A stretch of DNA of 64,000 nt, from contig NW_024704743.1 of the NCBI RefSeq assembly GCF_018977255.1, positions 50,346,001-50,410,000 of the forward strand, in the 5' to 3' direction. Position 1 is the first letter of the stretch, and every line of letters starts with the position of its first letter. The translations under genes were made by a program, and so were the position numbers. Under the pieces are notes generated by a model. That model searched no databases and was not told the DNA's origin. It worked only from the letters and a program-made list of their open reading frames with translations. The stretch is from Callorhinchus milii (lineage: Eukaryota). Shown piece after piece: positions 25,371 through 39,140 of the stretch.

Positions 25371-25559
25371 ATCAAGGATGGGGAAGGGAGAAGGTGTACA
25401 GTGTGTCTGAAAATAATTTTAATAGTAAAGTACTTGAGAAAAATAAGCTTGCTCTTGTGGATTGTTGTGTCTTCAATCTGTTTCCTTTAAATCTGCCCGT
25501 TAAAGAATGGAAGTAAGTTTAAAATGGACTATTGTATGAATTTTATCTCTTAGATGTAC

Positions 25560-26246
25560 TGAACCTGTGCGTAACCTAGTGTCAGGTATGATCTGCAACT
25601 GTCCTTCCTTCCCCACATCTGGTTCCTGACCAGGACATTCACCTTCATCACACTGTCCGCATCTGACTGTACCTCACACCCAACGCAGCCAAAACACTCC
25701 ATACATTGGTCACCTCCCACCTCAGTTATTTCAATGTCCTCCTCACCGGTCTCCCAAGCTCCACTATCCACAAAATACAATTAATTCAAAATTTGGCTGC
25801 CCGTATACTCACCTGCACCAAGCTCTGTACCCCCATCATACCAATCCTTGCTCGGCTTCACTGGCTAACTATTATAGAACAGAGTGACTTTAAAATCCTT
25901 AGACTTGTTCACAAATGATGTCCTGGCACCTCCCTACCTCTCTGACCTGCTTACTCCACATGCATTCATGGGCTGTCACCACTTGGCTAGCTCTGGTCTC
26001 CTACTTGTCCCTTGTGCCCTCCGTTCCACCATCAACGGCTATGCTTTCAGCCACTATACCTCAAAACTACAGAACTATCTTGCTGAATCCTCTTTCCCCA
26101 TCTTCAGATCACACCTGAAGATCTTCCTCTTCGATTGTACCTATAGTCACCCCTCTCCTCTTCCCGGCTTGGCATCAGGCTCTGCCACTGTTAAGTGCTG
26201 CGAGATGCTACCTGCATGAAGGGCACTATATAAACGCAAGTTGTTG
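25560..26246 (+). mobile_element. L2 ORF2 3' fragment
   Basis: IQLIQNLAARILT..PILARLHWL, LAPPYLSDLL; tail AAACGCAAGTTGTTG. Confidence 0.9.
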
Positions 26247-28937
26247 AATATTGCAAATAAAATGTTTTTGATATTCGCAAACCTAAAGTTGCAATTAATG
26301 CATTGATTGCAAATATCGCAAATTAGACTCCAGTCACAGGATGTCACTCTGTGACTGCCACAGAAACCTGAGGTCTACTGCATATCTATCTAACTGTGCT
26401 GCCACCCGAGAGTTCCCACTACTCCACAGAAGCCTGGTACCACTGAACTTCCTACTCTGCATAACCGCAGGGAACTGAACACCAGAAGAGACGCATTAAC
26501 GAAGCTGCTTAAAAACAGTAAATAGACCGAGAGAATGAGAGTGCTATTTTCAGATGCACCGTATTGTTCTGACAGTGGAGCATCTGGAAGCTCTATACCA
26601 TTCAAGTCTGTGCTCATTGCTCTTGGTCTGCTGTTAACCTGAAGTGACAAGAACACCACTTATTTGCCCATGGAAGTGCTGTGGTGACAAGTGGCTGGAT
26701 TTTAAAATGAAATGAGTCCATTTATGGGATTGGAAAGATTAACTCCCTTTATTTTTTGGTCAGCCAAGTGGATCTACAGGGATCTGCAGGGAAGAGTAAT
26801 TTAAGCGAAATACAGGAATACCATAACTTGCATTCAAATCCTTTTTATTGCATCAAATTGTCTCAAAGCTCAAAATGTTGCTGAAGTAGCTGGGCTTCAT
26901 AGCTGCAAACAACAGCTGTTTGACTAGCAAGGTCCAACAAATGGCCATGAGGCTAATGTCCAGTTAATCTTGAGGATTGGTTGCCAGGGCACCAGTAGAA
27001 TAATCAAGAAATTTCATACATCCACCTTAACAGGTAAACTGATCATTGGTTAAAATTTGTCATTGACATCATGGCTGTTTGTGGATTGTTGCTGAGGGTA
27101 AATCAGCTGCCACGATTTTTCCAACAAAAAAACTGTCTGCACTTTACAGTAAATTCTGTAAGGCACTTTGAAACGTCCTTCTGACATGAATAGCTGTACA
27201 TCAAATGCAAGGATTATTATTAAGCAAGACGCCTTTAGAGTGTTTAATCTGCAAAACAGTACCTGTCAATGCAACACTCCCAGACTGAAATGTCAATTTA
27301 GACTCCAAGATCAAACTCTAACACGTGGCTTGAACCCATGATCTCCTAAACCCAGGACCAAGAGAACTACCAACTGAGCCAAAGTAGCACCTCAAAATGA
27401 TGGTTCACAGTGTTGGAACAACAACAACAAGTTGCATTTGTATAGCACCCCTCATGCAGGGTAGCATCTCAGAGCAAGGAGGTAGTGATGTTCCAACAAA
27501 GTAGCAAGAGGTATATTCTGCTTAACTCTCTGTTTGTAAGAGATCTGCAGTGATTGCCAAACATCCAGCACATGTGGATGTGTGTACTAGTTGCTATCAT
27601 AACTATAGGGTTTCTCCACTCTAAATGCATGGAGATACGAGCAGCACATTCACTAACAAGGAGAACAAGCTCAATTTCTTCTCGAGCATTTCTCCTATGG
27701 CAGATGGATAATTAATCCTGAGCTCCAGGGATTAAGTCGGAAACACCTTCTTGGCTACGTTATAAAATATTTCTTACAATCTCAATGATCCAAATCATAT
27801 TCTAGTATCACATTTCTAATCCTCTTACCATTTCCAATTATAATCAAAACTGGCGATGTAAGACCCAGCAACAGAACCTAAGCATTCAGAAAGCAGGATT
27901 CACACTGCATATGTGAAAGATAGGGGAGGGGATTAGGAGAAGCAGAGGCCTGTGTGTCTTATAAACACTGACTTGGACTAGTTGGCTGAATGGCCTGTTT
28001 CCATGTGGTATCATTCCATATAATGCTATCATTATTTTCTCATTTTCCACCTCAGTGCATTCACATACATCTGGGTTCTGGTCCTTCTTTATTTACAATA
28101 TTTATTTAGCCTGAAATCACTAGACAGGGTAAATACAAATGAGGGTATGTCAATTATAAAGACCTCATGGCAATAACCAGGCAGCTCAGAATGGTAGTTT
28201 GCTACCTTCTTGTAGGAAAGGACAAAATGAAACAAGAGATATATTACTTTTACTCTGAGTGACAGTATAGTCGTTGTCAAGATCAAATTCAAATGGAAAT
28301 TATGAAGTTACTGTATTCCTGTCTATCTTTTAAATTACAGCACACATTATTAATAATAATAATGATCCTTACATTTGATATAGGGTTTTTCAATTCAGGT
28401 GAACATCTCAAGATGCTTCGTAGGATTTATTGTAAAGTGCAATGACTGTGTATTTTGTAGGTGATATTAAAATGTCACATGTGACAAATTTCATCCCCAT
28501 GTATTTTATTAATATGACAGCCCGGGTTATTGTAGATTATCCTGATATAGTGCAACAACAACAACTTGCATTTGTATAGCATCCTTCATGCAGGGTGGTG
28601 TGTTATTAAAATATATACAGCTAATAAAAATTGTATAATATTATTCAATACCTACAGGACTCAGATAAGATTCTGACCTCAAGGTACAGCAACATACAAG
28701 TCTGTTACCTTTTAAGAATAGGATATTTTACGCAAATGTAATGTTTTACCAGCACTTTGACTTTACTGTGGAATGGTTTTGTACTTGCATTTGAGAAGAT
28801 TCTATGTAATAAAGTGGTTTATCAAATGCAACCTTACTTTTATTATTTATGTCAAAAAAGGCTTCCTCCAGCTCATTTATGAAGTCCAGAATCAAATAGT
28901 GAGACAGATTTGTAGCAAACAAAGTAAGTGGCTGCAG

Positions 28938-29055
28938 GGAGGGAGGGCTCCGGCCTACACTGACCTGTCATTGAACACCCTGGAGGTGGAGGCGGCTACA
29001 CAATGGGCAAGGCGATTTGCCAAAGCCTCTCACGTGAGGACCTGGATTAAACAGC
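28938..29055 (+). pseudogene. Possible decayed Harbinger-type Myb/SANT domain remnant
   Basis: Translation RAPAYTDLSLNTLEVE..W.....SHVRTWIKQ resembles the RAPRFSD.SLE.L...W......V.RTW.Q pattern. Confidence 0.35.
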
Positions 29056-30509
29056 TGGTGCTGATAAGCCTGGTACGCGGCATTGGACGTGGACCTGAAG
29101 AACATCAAGGTGGCTGGCACGTCACAAGCTGTTTCTGTAAAGGTCCTCCCAACACACTGAGGACAGATGTCCATCAGATAGCTGATGAGGAAACTGAGGA
29201 AATTCAACATTTCATGCTGAGCTATGTTACCCATCAAGAAGCTCACAGGGAGTCCTGGTACCTGTTATCCACCTAGTGAGGCTCAAGCCCATTCTTGTTA
29301 GATGTCAAATGACCAACCAGTTACGATTCTCCTGGGGAGGAGGGGAGGTAAGCGGGGTCTCCTTGGAGCTGAACTAGCAACAGAATATCTCATTTGGAAG
29401 GATAACTTCCAAAGTGCTTCAAAGGATTTAATGTAAAGAGTAATGACTGTGTGTTTTGTAGATGAATACAATAGAATGGTTGGATTTACACATTTGTCAG
29501 ACAAATTTGCTGACCAAAAAAAATTGATAAATGTCAGTCACACGAGATTTACCAGATTTAGATGCTATTCAGATGCTTCCCATTGTTTGTCCAGTTAGGA
29601 CCATCCTACCTATAAGGGCTTTGACTTGCAAGGTTAAAGACATCTGAATCCTTGCCTCCAGAAACTGATCTGCTCCTCCAAGTCCTGCTAATAAGCCAGG
29701 GTGGATGGTCTGTTGCAATAGTTCCCTGGAGGGCTGTGGATCTGCCTGGCTCAGGAAATCTACCATGAGACTCCTACAGAAGATCATCTTGATTCTGATA
29801 ATCCATTGCAATGCACGTTACCATGGAGCCAGGTCAGCCACATAGGGGCTCTGCTTATCTCCGTCCCAGGATGATAGTCATGAAGTGGTCTTCAGACATC
29901 TGAAACGAATAGGTTTTGAGTCTTCTCTAGGTTTTAAACAAGTGAATGCTATGGAAAGAAAAACATTCCTGCACTCTTTACAAATATTATTATGATAGGA
30001 ATGTAGAGCTTTCTGATACAGCTGCCATAAAGTTTACATTCCTACATTCAGTAGAAGAGCTACAGTTCTGGCGAAATCAATACTACCTCACGTTAAGGCT
30101 AAGATAATAAGTAATAGTTGTGAACATCAGGGAAACAGATCCACACAATTCATATATCAATCCAAAGTTTTTGATGTTTTCATTTTTTTACCCCAAATGT
30201 GCTTTATTCCTCAATTTCAATCTTTGTTAAGATAGAAGTCAGGATTATCCCTCGATGGGTTTCAGTTGGCAGCACTAGATATTAAATATTGATGTAAAGA
30301 AATTCCAATCACATACACAACATGGAGGAAGATAGCTTATTCTTTGTCTTGCTATCCCTGTATTACAGAGGGTTTGCATCTGTTGCTAAACAAATTATTA
30401 AATGTGCATTTTATAGGCACTATTAACAACATTAAAGTGACTATTTTATTACTATTATTATTAATAATCTTATTATTATTCTTAATTATTCTTTTATTAC
30501 TATTGTTAT

Positions 30510-30893
30510 TCTTAATAATCCTTACATTTGATATTTCACCTGTCATGTCTCAAAGCATTTCCCAAGATAAATTGTGAAGCATAATTAAAGCAGTTTGTGA
30601 GCAAACATGGCAGCCAATTGCACTCAGCAATTTCCTACAGCTGTAAAGTGAATGATCAATTTTTTTGGAAGATTATAGGCCAGAATACCAGAATAAATTC
30701 TCTTCTCTTTTTGAATATCGCTATAGGACCGTTAATGTCCACCTGAACAGGCAGATGCGGCCTTGGTTTAACGTCATATCTGAAGAACAGGAATTAGGGT
30801 GTCAGCATAGACTATATGGGTTCCAAATCCCGAGCTTGAATCCACAACCATCTGAGACAGCCTAGAGTGCTCCCAACTGAGCCAGGCTGACAA
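30510..30893 (-). mobile_element. Older Deu-SINE
   Basis: GTTAATGTCCACCTGAACAGGCAGA core; head CAACTGAGCCAGGCTGACA; adjacent (TTA)-rich tract at 30430-30515. Confidence 0.75.
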
Positions 30894-32199
30894 CAACATT
30901 TTAAATATTGATTTGCAATGCTGCAGGTCCATTACTAGCCGTAGCTTCTTTCTCCAGGAGATTCTGTGTATTTGTGACTGTGTCTGTCTCTTCTGTTTCT
31001 GAAAGACACTGTGGGTTTTATTGGCACAATGATTTAAAGCTACTGGAACAGTCCCCATTTCTGTTTCCTAGCCCTCAGGTAAACTTTGACTGCTCTGCAA
31101 GATGTAGAACCACAACTGACAGCAGTGATGTTGCTAAGATTAAACTTTAATTCATGAGTCTGTCAAATGATTCAGTAAAACACTTGAAATTAAATGAATA
31201 TATGCCTTATGTTGCAAGGTGGCTTTGTGAAGATTTAAAGGTGCTGCTGCCAAGGAAAATATGTTTTAGCCGGGCAGCAAATACCATGAACAAAAGATCT
31301 AATGCAGAAGAACTCAATTTGCCCAAGGAGAAATAAAAAGGATCTGGGCAGAATTGAGGACAGAGCATGGCTCATCTCTTCCACTTTGTGGAACTGGGAC
31401 ATGACCTGCCTTCTGTCTCCTTTGATTTCAGTGAGTTTTACATTCTATTTAAACTCCCTGTCTTATTCTTCACGTCACAGCCACAGCTTTCATACATATT
31501 GCATAATAATCATTAATAATCCATCATATACAATACGCTCTCAAAAATGCACACTGAATAACTTACATTAATAGTTCATAATGTAGAATGCAAATTATTT
31601 TAAAAAGAATGTTTTGTGCTCCTTATTCATTGTTTCATCAGAGCAATCGTTGTTCAAATGCCTGCAGATTTTTTTTCTTTCTTTTTTATAAATATTTTTT
31701 AGCTTATCTGGAGATCCCTTAACAACTAAACAGAACANTTTTTTCGTTTTAGATTTACACAAAAGAATCATGCAGTTCTTTATCCTCAGGGCAATAGCTG
31801 CAGCAGCACATTGTGATCTCAGGTGATGAAGCCGAGGAGGACTCTGAATGACATATGAAAGAAAGAATTGTGCAAAATAATGCTTGTTGGAAGCCAACGT
31901 TTGAGTGCACAATCAACGAGCAGGAGCAAACTCTTGTATGGGCACAGTGTCCACTGGGCTTTTACAGTTAAGCGAGTCTCATCTGTGTCAGTCCTCAGAC
32001 ATCTCCCTGCTACAGTCCAAATTCACTCAGAATGGAACGTTAGACCCAACATCAGAAGCTAGATACAATTATGCCACATGGGATCAAACAGATGTTCAGA
32101 TGCATATGTATGTTGTAATAGCTTTTGCAATATCACAGAGCTCAATTGCCATGGCAATTTGTGTCTCTACAGCTGTGACGTACTTATGAGTAGATTTCC

Positions 32200-32642
32200 T
32201 CGTCATCCTCGCTTGGCTCCACTGGCTCCTCATTCCCCCAGGGGATTGTGTTCAAGATCCTCATCCTCACTTTCAAAGTCCTCCATGATCTTGCTCTTTC
32301 CTACCTCTGTGACCTACTAAAAATGCTACCAACCTGTCTGCTCCCTCCACTTGGCAAGCACCGGTCTGCTCCTGCCCACCCCACATTTGGCGGCCAGGCC
32401 TTCAGCCTTTCTGCCCCACCCTCTGAAACTCCATCTCGGAGCCCTTCTGCCCACCCCCTCCCTTGCTTTCTTCAAGGTCCATTTCAAGATCTTCCTCTTT
32501 GATCATGCCTTCTTTCATCTTCCCACCGCCACCCCCCCACTTGCCTTCACCTTTCTTGACTCCAACCCTCAGCTCAGGTGCAAACCCTTGACTGTCCAGC
32601 GCCTCGGGATGTCCTCCCAATGTAAAAGGTGCTTTTATAAGC
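32200..32642 (+). mobile_element. L2 3' fragment
   Basis: FKILILTFKVLHDLALSYLCDLL; tail abuts a minus-strand SINE tail (~32655-32745). Confidence 0.88.
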
Positions 32643-33141
32643 AGAACTCTCTCAATAATAATAATAAATATAATAATTCTTGCATTTGATATAGTGTTTT
32701 TCATGTCTTCGAGACATCTCAAAACGCTTCACAGAATATACTATATATACTCTATTTTGTAGCATTGCCGCCCAAATTTACATTTGTACATTTACACTTT
32801 ATTAACCCTATTGAATGCATCAACAAAAGGTTTGAAGTTATGAAGTTAAAGGAATCAAGGAGATTATTTCATACCTCCATGAGTTTGTTGTTCAGTGGAT
32901 GGTCTGAGTTCTACTGCAAATCAGTTTCAATGAATCAATTTCAATGAATTAATAAGACAATTAATATTAATTTAGCTGCAATTACATTAAACAACATTTT
33001 TTCAGACCTTGTTGAACCTGGTTGTCTGTTGCTCATCTACCAATGATGGATTTTAATGAATGATAAGCACAGTTAATCTTGCTTTTATTTGGCTTGATAT
33101 GCGATACGAAACTGTCAGCACTTCTGCATTTTGAACCCCAC

Positions 33142-33543
33142 TAATAATAATACTTACATTTGGAGGATGTCTCAAAAGATTTTCAGTTAAGTGGAGTGAC
33201 TGTGAGCGAATGTAGCTGCCAATTTGTACATAATTTGTCCCAGAAACAGCCATGTAAGGAATGACCAATTTTATTTGGAGGATTGTTGGCCAGGATACTG
33301 GAAGAAACTTCTTTCTGTTTTCGAAGAATGCCGAGGGACCTTTATCACCCATCTGAACAAGCAGACAAGACCTCAATTTAACACCTAATCTGAAGGGTAG
33401 CACCTCCAACAATGCAGAACACCCCAGTACAGCGCTGGGGTGTCAGCATAGACTATATGAGTTCCAAGTCCTGATGTGGATATTGAACCCACAACCCCTG
33501 ACTCAGCGACATAACTGCTACCAACCGAGCCAGGCTAACACAC
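33142..33543 (-). mobile_element. Older Deu-SINE
   Basis: Tail, Deu motif, core and head on the minus strand. Confidence 0.75.
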
Positions 33544-34296
33544 ACGACCTTTGTCACTTCAATATTTCCATGGTGCCATAGGACAAATATGTAAAACGGA
33601 TTTAGAAATTTATTTTCATTATCTCCAAGATTGAAATAAGCGCATCAGATGCTGGGAGATGTGCCTAAAGATCAGGTGATTTTGCTCTACGTCCTTGTCC
33701 CAGTTCTGATTTTATTATTTGGGTCGTGGAGATTGCAAAGATACATTTCTGATGACGTTTCACTCTGCTACCAACCTTTTCTCATTATGGAGCCATTTCT
33801 CATACATGAGTAGCCAACTGGAGATCTGACTCTGCGCAGGGTTCAACCATATTCCACAGTGGGTAAACCGTCCCTTCTTCATCCGAGAATCCCCCAGAAA
33901 TGGACTTGTTTCAGGGGGTAAAATTGTACTAAAAAAGTGGCATAAAGTACATTAATTTGAACAGAACACTTGAATTTTGGAAAAACTGCACACGACTACA
34001 GTTAAACCATTTCACCTTGAAAGAGATTGCTTGTGAGCTGAGAGAACATAAACCTGACAAGAGCCAACACTCACATCTCTGACTCCTTCGAGCAATACAG
34101 TAATAGTATAATGCAGAGCAGAGAACTTACACATGGACTACTGTTCACACACAATAGTATTACTCCTAGGCTCCAGTGAATAGTGTTATAATAAGAGAGA
34201 GCTGTATTTTTTTTGAGGATCCTCATAAAATTCAAACTAATACCTTTCCACTAAGAGTTCATATTTTACTGATTAAACACTACTGTATTATGTCAT

Positions 34297-34990
34297 ATGT
34301 TAGTCTGGCTCAGCTGGTAGCACTCATGCCTCTGAGTCGGAAGGTTGTGAGTTCAAGTTTGTCTTTGAGACTTTGAGCTCATGTCTAGGACTGACATTCT
34401 AGTGCCTTGGGACGTCCTCCCGACGTGAAAGGCGCTCTATAAATGCAATCTTGTTGCTGTTGTTGTTGTCTTATTAAGGGTGGAAACATTTCCCTCCTGA
34501 GTCCTCATTGATCAATTCAAGGAACTATATCTGAAGATCTTTTCTTGACTGTTTCTAATGCATCAAAATTCCCTTGTAGAGGTGTGGGCAGAGAGATGAA
34601 TGCTGCACAGTTTCAAACTTCATGCTTCAGTCAACAAAAATGACGGAAAGTGATAGTGCCATGCTGGGGGAGCGCTGCATTGTCTGAAGTGCTATCCTTT
34701 GAATGAAATGTTAAACCAAGGTCCTGTTTGTTTCTTCAGGTGGACGTTAAAGATTATGCGGCATGATTCAAAAAAGAGAAGGAAGTTTTTCCCAGTTTTC
34801 TGCCCAACAACCAACCAAATTGGTCATTGACTTAGTGGCTGATTGTGGGACATTGCTGTTTGCAAATTGGCTGCTGTGTTCACCTACAAATACACAGTCA
34901 TTACACTTTACAATAAATTCTATGAAGCCCTTTGAGACATTTCAATAACATGATAAGCCGCAATATGAAATGCAAGGATTATTATTATTA
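34297..34990 (+). mobile_element. Older Deu-SINE with a complex internal insertion
   Basis: Head CTGGCTCAGCTGGTAGCACTC; body resumes GCTGGGGGAGCGCTGCATTGTC at 34663. Confidence 0.8.
34471..34662 (+). repeat. 192-bp local duplication of 35771-35962
   Basis: Colinear at offset 1300; 5 substitutions counted by eye. Confidence 0.95.
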
Positions 34991-35770
34991 CTTCAGCACT
35001 AAGCACATTGCAATGGGAAACTACAGGGCAATCACATTATTATGCGTTGTCCTGGTTCAATATCTCTGGTTAAAACCTGTACCAGAATCAAACTTCATTA
35101 CTGGTTTCTCTACACTGGATAGCCCAGACTTTCTCTTATAATTGTATTATATGGTGGAGAAAGGAAGTTCTGACTTGTTTCATAAAAAGTCACATGGATT
35201 GTGATCTGCCTCAGAAAGGGAGAGACTTTCTGGGAGAAATCGGGAGCCAATTCAGATGCAACAGAGCAGAACATTTCATTCTCCACTCTTAATATTTCCC
35301 TTTTCTTGCGTGTTCCATGCCATGGATATATAAATATTTTCAAACATGTGAACTCACATCAAGAAGATGTATAAAAACTAGAGTGGGTCTTTAGGCTGTT
35401 TGATTTATCATATCAGCATATGCAGCATCAGTAGAGCAGATATTCTCAAATATCTTCAAAGTACCTTTGAACCAGTGTGGTATTTATAATATTTTCAGTT
35501 TCCCACTTTAATTACCTTACCAATACGTAGTACATAAATGTGGATAATAATAATCTTTGCATTGATATGGCACCTTATCACATCACCAGACTGTTTCAAA
35601 ACGCTTCAAAAGATTTTCTTGTAAAATGCAGTGACTGTTGTATTTGTAGGCATTTCAGTGTTGGTTCAAGGGAAGCAATCTTAACTTAAGTTTATCACAT
35701 CACACATTTTTCACCTCATGTCAGTATTTTATTAGTTTTTCCTTGTTGCATATTGTCTGCTTTTAATAAT

Positions 35771-35962
35771 TTATTAAGGGTGGAAACATTTCCCTCCTGA
35801 GTCCTCATTGATCAATTCAAGGAAATATATCTGAAGATCTTTTCTTGACTATTTCTAATGCATCAAAATTCCCTTGTAGAGGTGTGGGCAGAAAGATGAA
35901 TGCTGCACAGTCTCAAACTCCATGCTTCAGTCAACAAAAATGACGGAAAGTGATAGTGCCAT
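35771..35962 (+). repeat. Probable donor copy of the 192-bp duplication
   Basis: Embedded in non-repeat flanks with no L2 tail upstream. Confidence 0.9.
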
Positions 35963-36192
35963 TGCACTGGGGAATTTTGAGGAAGCTAAGTTATTGGAAC
36001 AGTCACGAATAATCTGCTCCAAAAACGTTCTCTGAAAATCTGTCATGTTGGCTGGCAGGATAAATTCACACTGTAGCAGATGCGAGATCTGTTACAGCAC
36101 AGATTAATGTTGCAGGCTGTTCATGTTAGTTTCAAACTACATTTTAAAAATATCATAGTAGCAAATAAGATAAGATTCGCAGACTGATAACT

Positions 36193-36608
36193 TTCAGCTT
36201 GACTTAATTATTCACTCTCATATCTGGGTCAGGAGGGACTGAGCCCCATGTTGGGGCTTGAGCGTATAGTCCGGGATGACACTCCTGTACAGTACCGGGG
36301 CAAGCGTTTCATTATTGAAGGTGCTGTGCTTCAGATGAGATATTTAAATTAAGGTCTTCTTGTCTGCTAGTTCAGGTGGATATTTTATTCAAAAAGAGAA
36401 GGGAGTTTCTCTCAGTGTCCTGGCCAACAATCCCCCAGATAAAATTGGTCATGCACTTCATGGCTGTTTGTGGGCCATTGGTGTGTGCAAAATTGAATGT
36501 CACAAAAAACAAAGTCACTACACTTTACAATACAATATATCCCGTGAAGCACTTTGTAACATCCATCGACATGAAAGGCACTATATCAAATAGTAAGGAT
36601 TACTATCA
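36193..36608 (+). mobile_element. Older Deu-SINE
   Basis: GTTCAGGTGGAT core, GGCTGTTTGTGGG, tail. Confidence 0.7.
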
Positions 36609-38084
36609 TAAATATTTTCCCATCATCCCAAACCCCTCACAAACACAACACAAGTTTTTAATATAAATATTACCATTGTATGTGTTTGATTGGAAGAAAC
36701 CTTCATGATACATAATAAGAGATCGTTTTTTTCAATTTCAGAAAAAGCTGACAACAAAGTACAGTATCCTGTGAGCAGTTTGAATTCTGTGCACCACAGG
36801 CATTCAGTCAGTGTTTACTCAACATATGTTTGATGTAATAAAACATTTTGATATCACACATTGGATTTTGTGTTAACGAAAATATATATAGTAAAAAAAA
36901 CACAATTTATATTGTGAAAACATCCTCTGCCAAAAAAAGCAGCTTAGGCAAATTACTGGGTGTGAAAGGAAGTTTCATTCATAAAGTGTAGGTTGGGTCC
37001 CTGCTCATTAGAGGATAAATACTCCACATGGTGTGGGACTGGGCCACACTAACTTGAAGATCCCTGTTTTCTTTTGAGATAGATGATCTCAGACCTGGTG
37101 ATAGGGACATGGCACATTGCCTCAGCATCTTCAGGCCAGGGTGGAGAAAGAGAGAAACCCTTCAGCAGCATTCTGCTCGATCGCTATCCAGAGATTTTGT
37201 TCCGAACACACATGTTGATGTTGGCCACTGTAGTGGGTGTGGTGATGTCCCTCATGGTTATATTGTCTACCTCCCCAAACTCTTCCTTCAAGAAAGGCCA
37301 TTGGAGGATGGGATAACATGAGTAGAAGTGTACTGAAGTCTGAGTTACTTGCTTTAGGAGAGAAGAGGAGAGGTACGAGGGGAAAATTGAAAGAATAAAA
37401 TAAGTTAATGGGTCTCTAAGCCTTAAGTCAATGTATATTGACACCAAATACTTGCACTCTAATTCAAATAAGAGATTTTGGTTACATTTCTGCAATACTT
37501 GATTACTACAGGACAACTGAAACTCATGTATCTACATTGCTGAAAGAAAGGAACAGTAAACAATCAATGGTTTACACCTCTATGTGGCTAACACCCTGAA
37601 AGAACATAAAGAGAAGAGAAAGCAGGAAGCCTGAGCTAAACACAGCCATGAATAAACTGCCCTGGGTGTAAACCATGACATTACCTGTTCAAGGCGATTG
37701 TGAAGCTCATGTAGTTGCTCATGTGGTAAAGCTATCACTCAGTGTAAAACAGAACAATATAGACCTAGGGAGTCCCAGGATTGATTCCCCCAGTGTGGGC
37801 AGATTTAGTCTATTTTAGCCAGAGCATCAGATAGTTCTCTATAACTGGATTTAGCACCCTGGATTATAGAGGGGGAGAGTAGCCCAAATCCCTGTTTCTG
37901 CCATCTAGTAATTCCCTGATGGAAAGTATGTGTACGTGTGTGTAGACATTATAAATTCCGCATGGATATAGATTTAAACTATTTTGTTAGCAATTAATAG
38001 TGAACAGGGTTTAGTAATTTTTTAAAGTCAGTGTTAATTAACAGAAAACTGGTTTCAACAATAAGATTGATTTTAGGAATTTAT

Positions 38085-38420
38085 ATAATAATAATAATAA
38101 TCTTTGCATTTGATATAGTGTCTTATCACTTTGTCAAGACATTCAAATCGCTTCACAGGAATTACTGTAAAGCAACTGTGGATTTATAGGCAAACATGGC
38201 AGCCAATTTGCGCACGATAATGTCCCACAGACAGCCATGAAGTGAATGACTATTTTTATCTGGGGGAATATTGTCCAGAACTCCGGAGAAAACCCATTCC
38301 CTTTTTGAGTAGTACTATGGGATCGTTAATGTCCATCTGACCAAGTAGATGATACCTTGGCTTAATGTCATCCAAAAGATGGCATCTCTCACAATCCAGC
38401 GCTCCTCGGCATGGCATTGA
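38085..38420 (-). mobile_element. Older Deu-SINE
   Basis: (ATA)n tail, GGCAGCCAATTTGCGCAC Deu motif, core. Confidence 0.72.
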
Positions 38421-38719
38421 AGTAATTTTACCAAATTCTACACCCACTAAAAAGCTAGAAAATAGTATGTTAAAATATAAGTTGAATTTTGCAGATGAGC
38501 CCAGGGGTGTCCCCCCACCTCCAATACTGTGTTAGCAACTAACACTCTCAGGGTCTACGCTCAGATTTGAGCAAAGATAAATGTAAACCAACCTCAGTCA
38601 TGCCCCCAACATCTTCAGAAGAGGGGAGAAAATTGGAAAAGGAAATATCTCTGCCCCCAGAAAAGAAAAAGTCTACTCTGTTTTTTTGGGGTTAGTTGGG
38701 CGTCTGGCATAATCCAAGA

Positions 38720-39140
38720 TCATGATTGGTTTGGATGAAGAAGACCCTTCGGCCCATCTAATCTCATTGCTCGATAATACCCAGTCTACCGTCCTCCCAT
38801 CAAGCTGCTTTTTAAATGAGTCTAGTGTCTGCCCTCAAACCACCCTTCCTTGCAGTTTTTAATTACCCATCTGTGTAAAGAAAACCTTTCTGGTATTTGT
38901 CTTGAAATTGTTCTTTGCAACTCTAAACCTATATCTTCGTGTTCTACTGCCTTGATACATCCTAAAGTATTGTTCTCAGTTTACTTTATCAGTCCCATTT
39001 AAAATGTTATAGGATCCCCTCTGAGTAATTTTCTCTCAAGACAAAAGAGCACTAGCTTGTTTAATCATTGCTCATGGATCATGGTTCATTCCTCTAACAC
39101 TGGGATCATCCTCATTGATCTCCTCTGCACTGCCTCTACA
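38720..39140 (-). mobile_element. Old CR1 3' fragment
   Basis: VEAVQRRSMRMIPVL remnant; CCTTCGGCCCATC tail. Confidence 0.7.

Noticed and set aside
26548..26590. Hairpin TTCAGATGCACC...GGAGCATCTGGAA
   Set aside because: Stem of only ~13 bp; too short for a pre-miRNA and no family match recognised.
30344..30577. Hydrophobic Leu/Ile-rich ORF resembling a membrane peptide
   Set aside because: Encoded by (TTA)n-like simple sequence next to a SINE tail.
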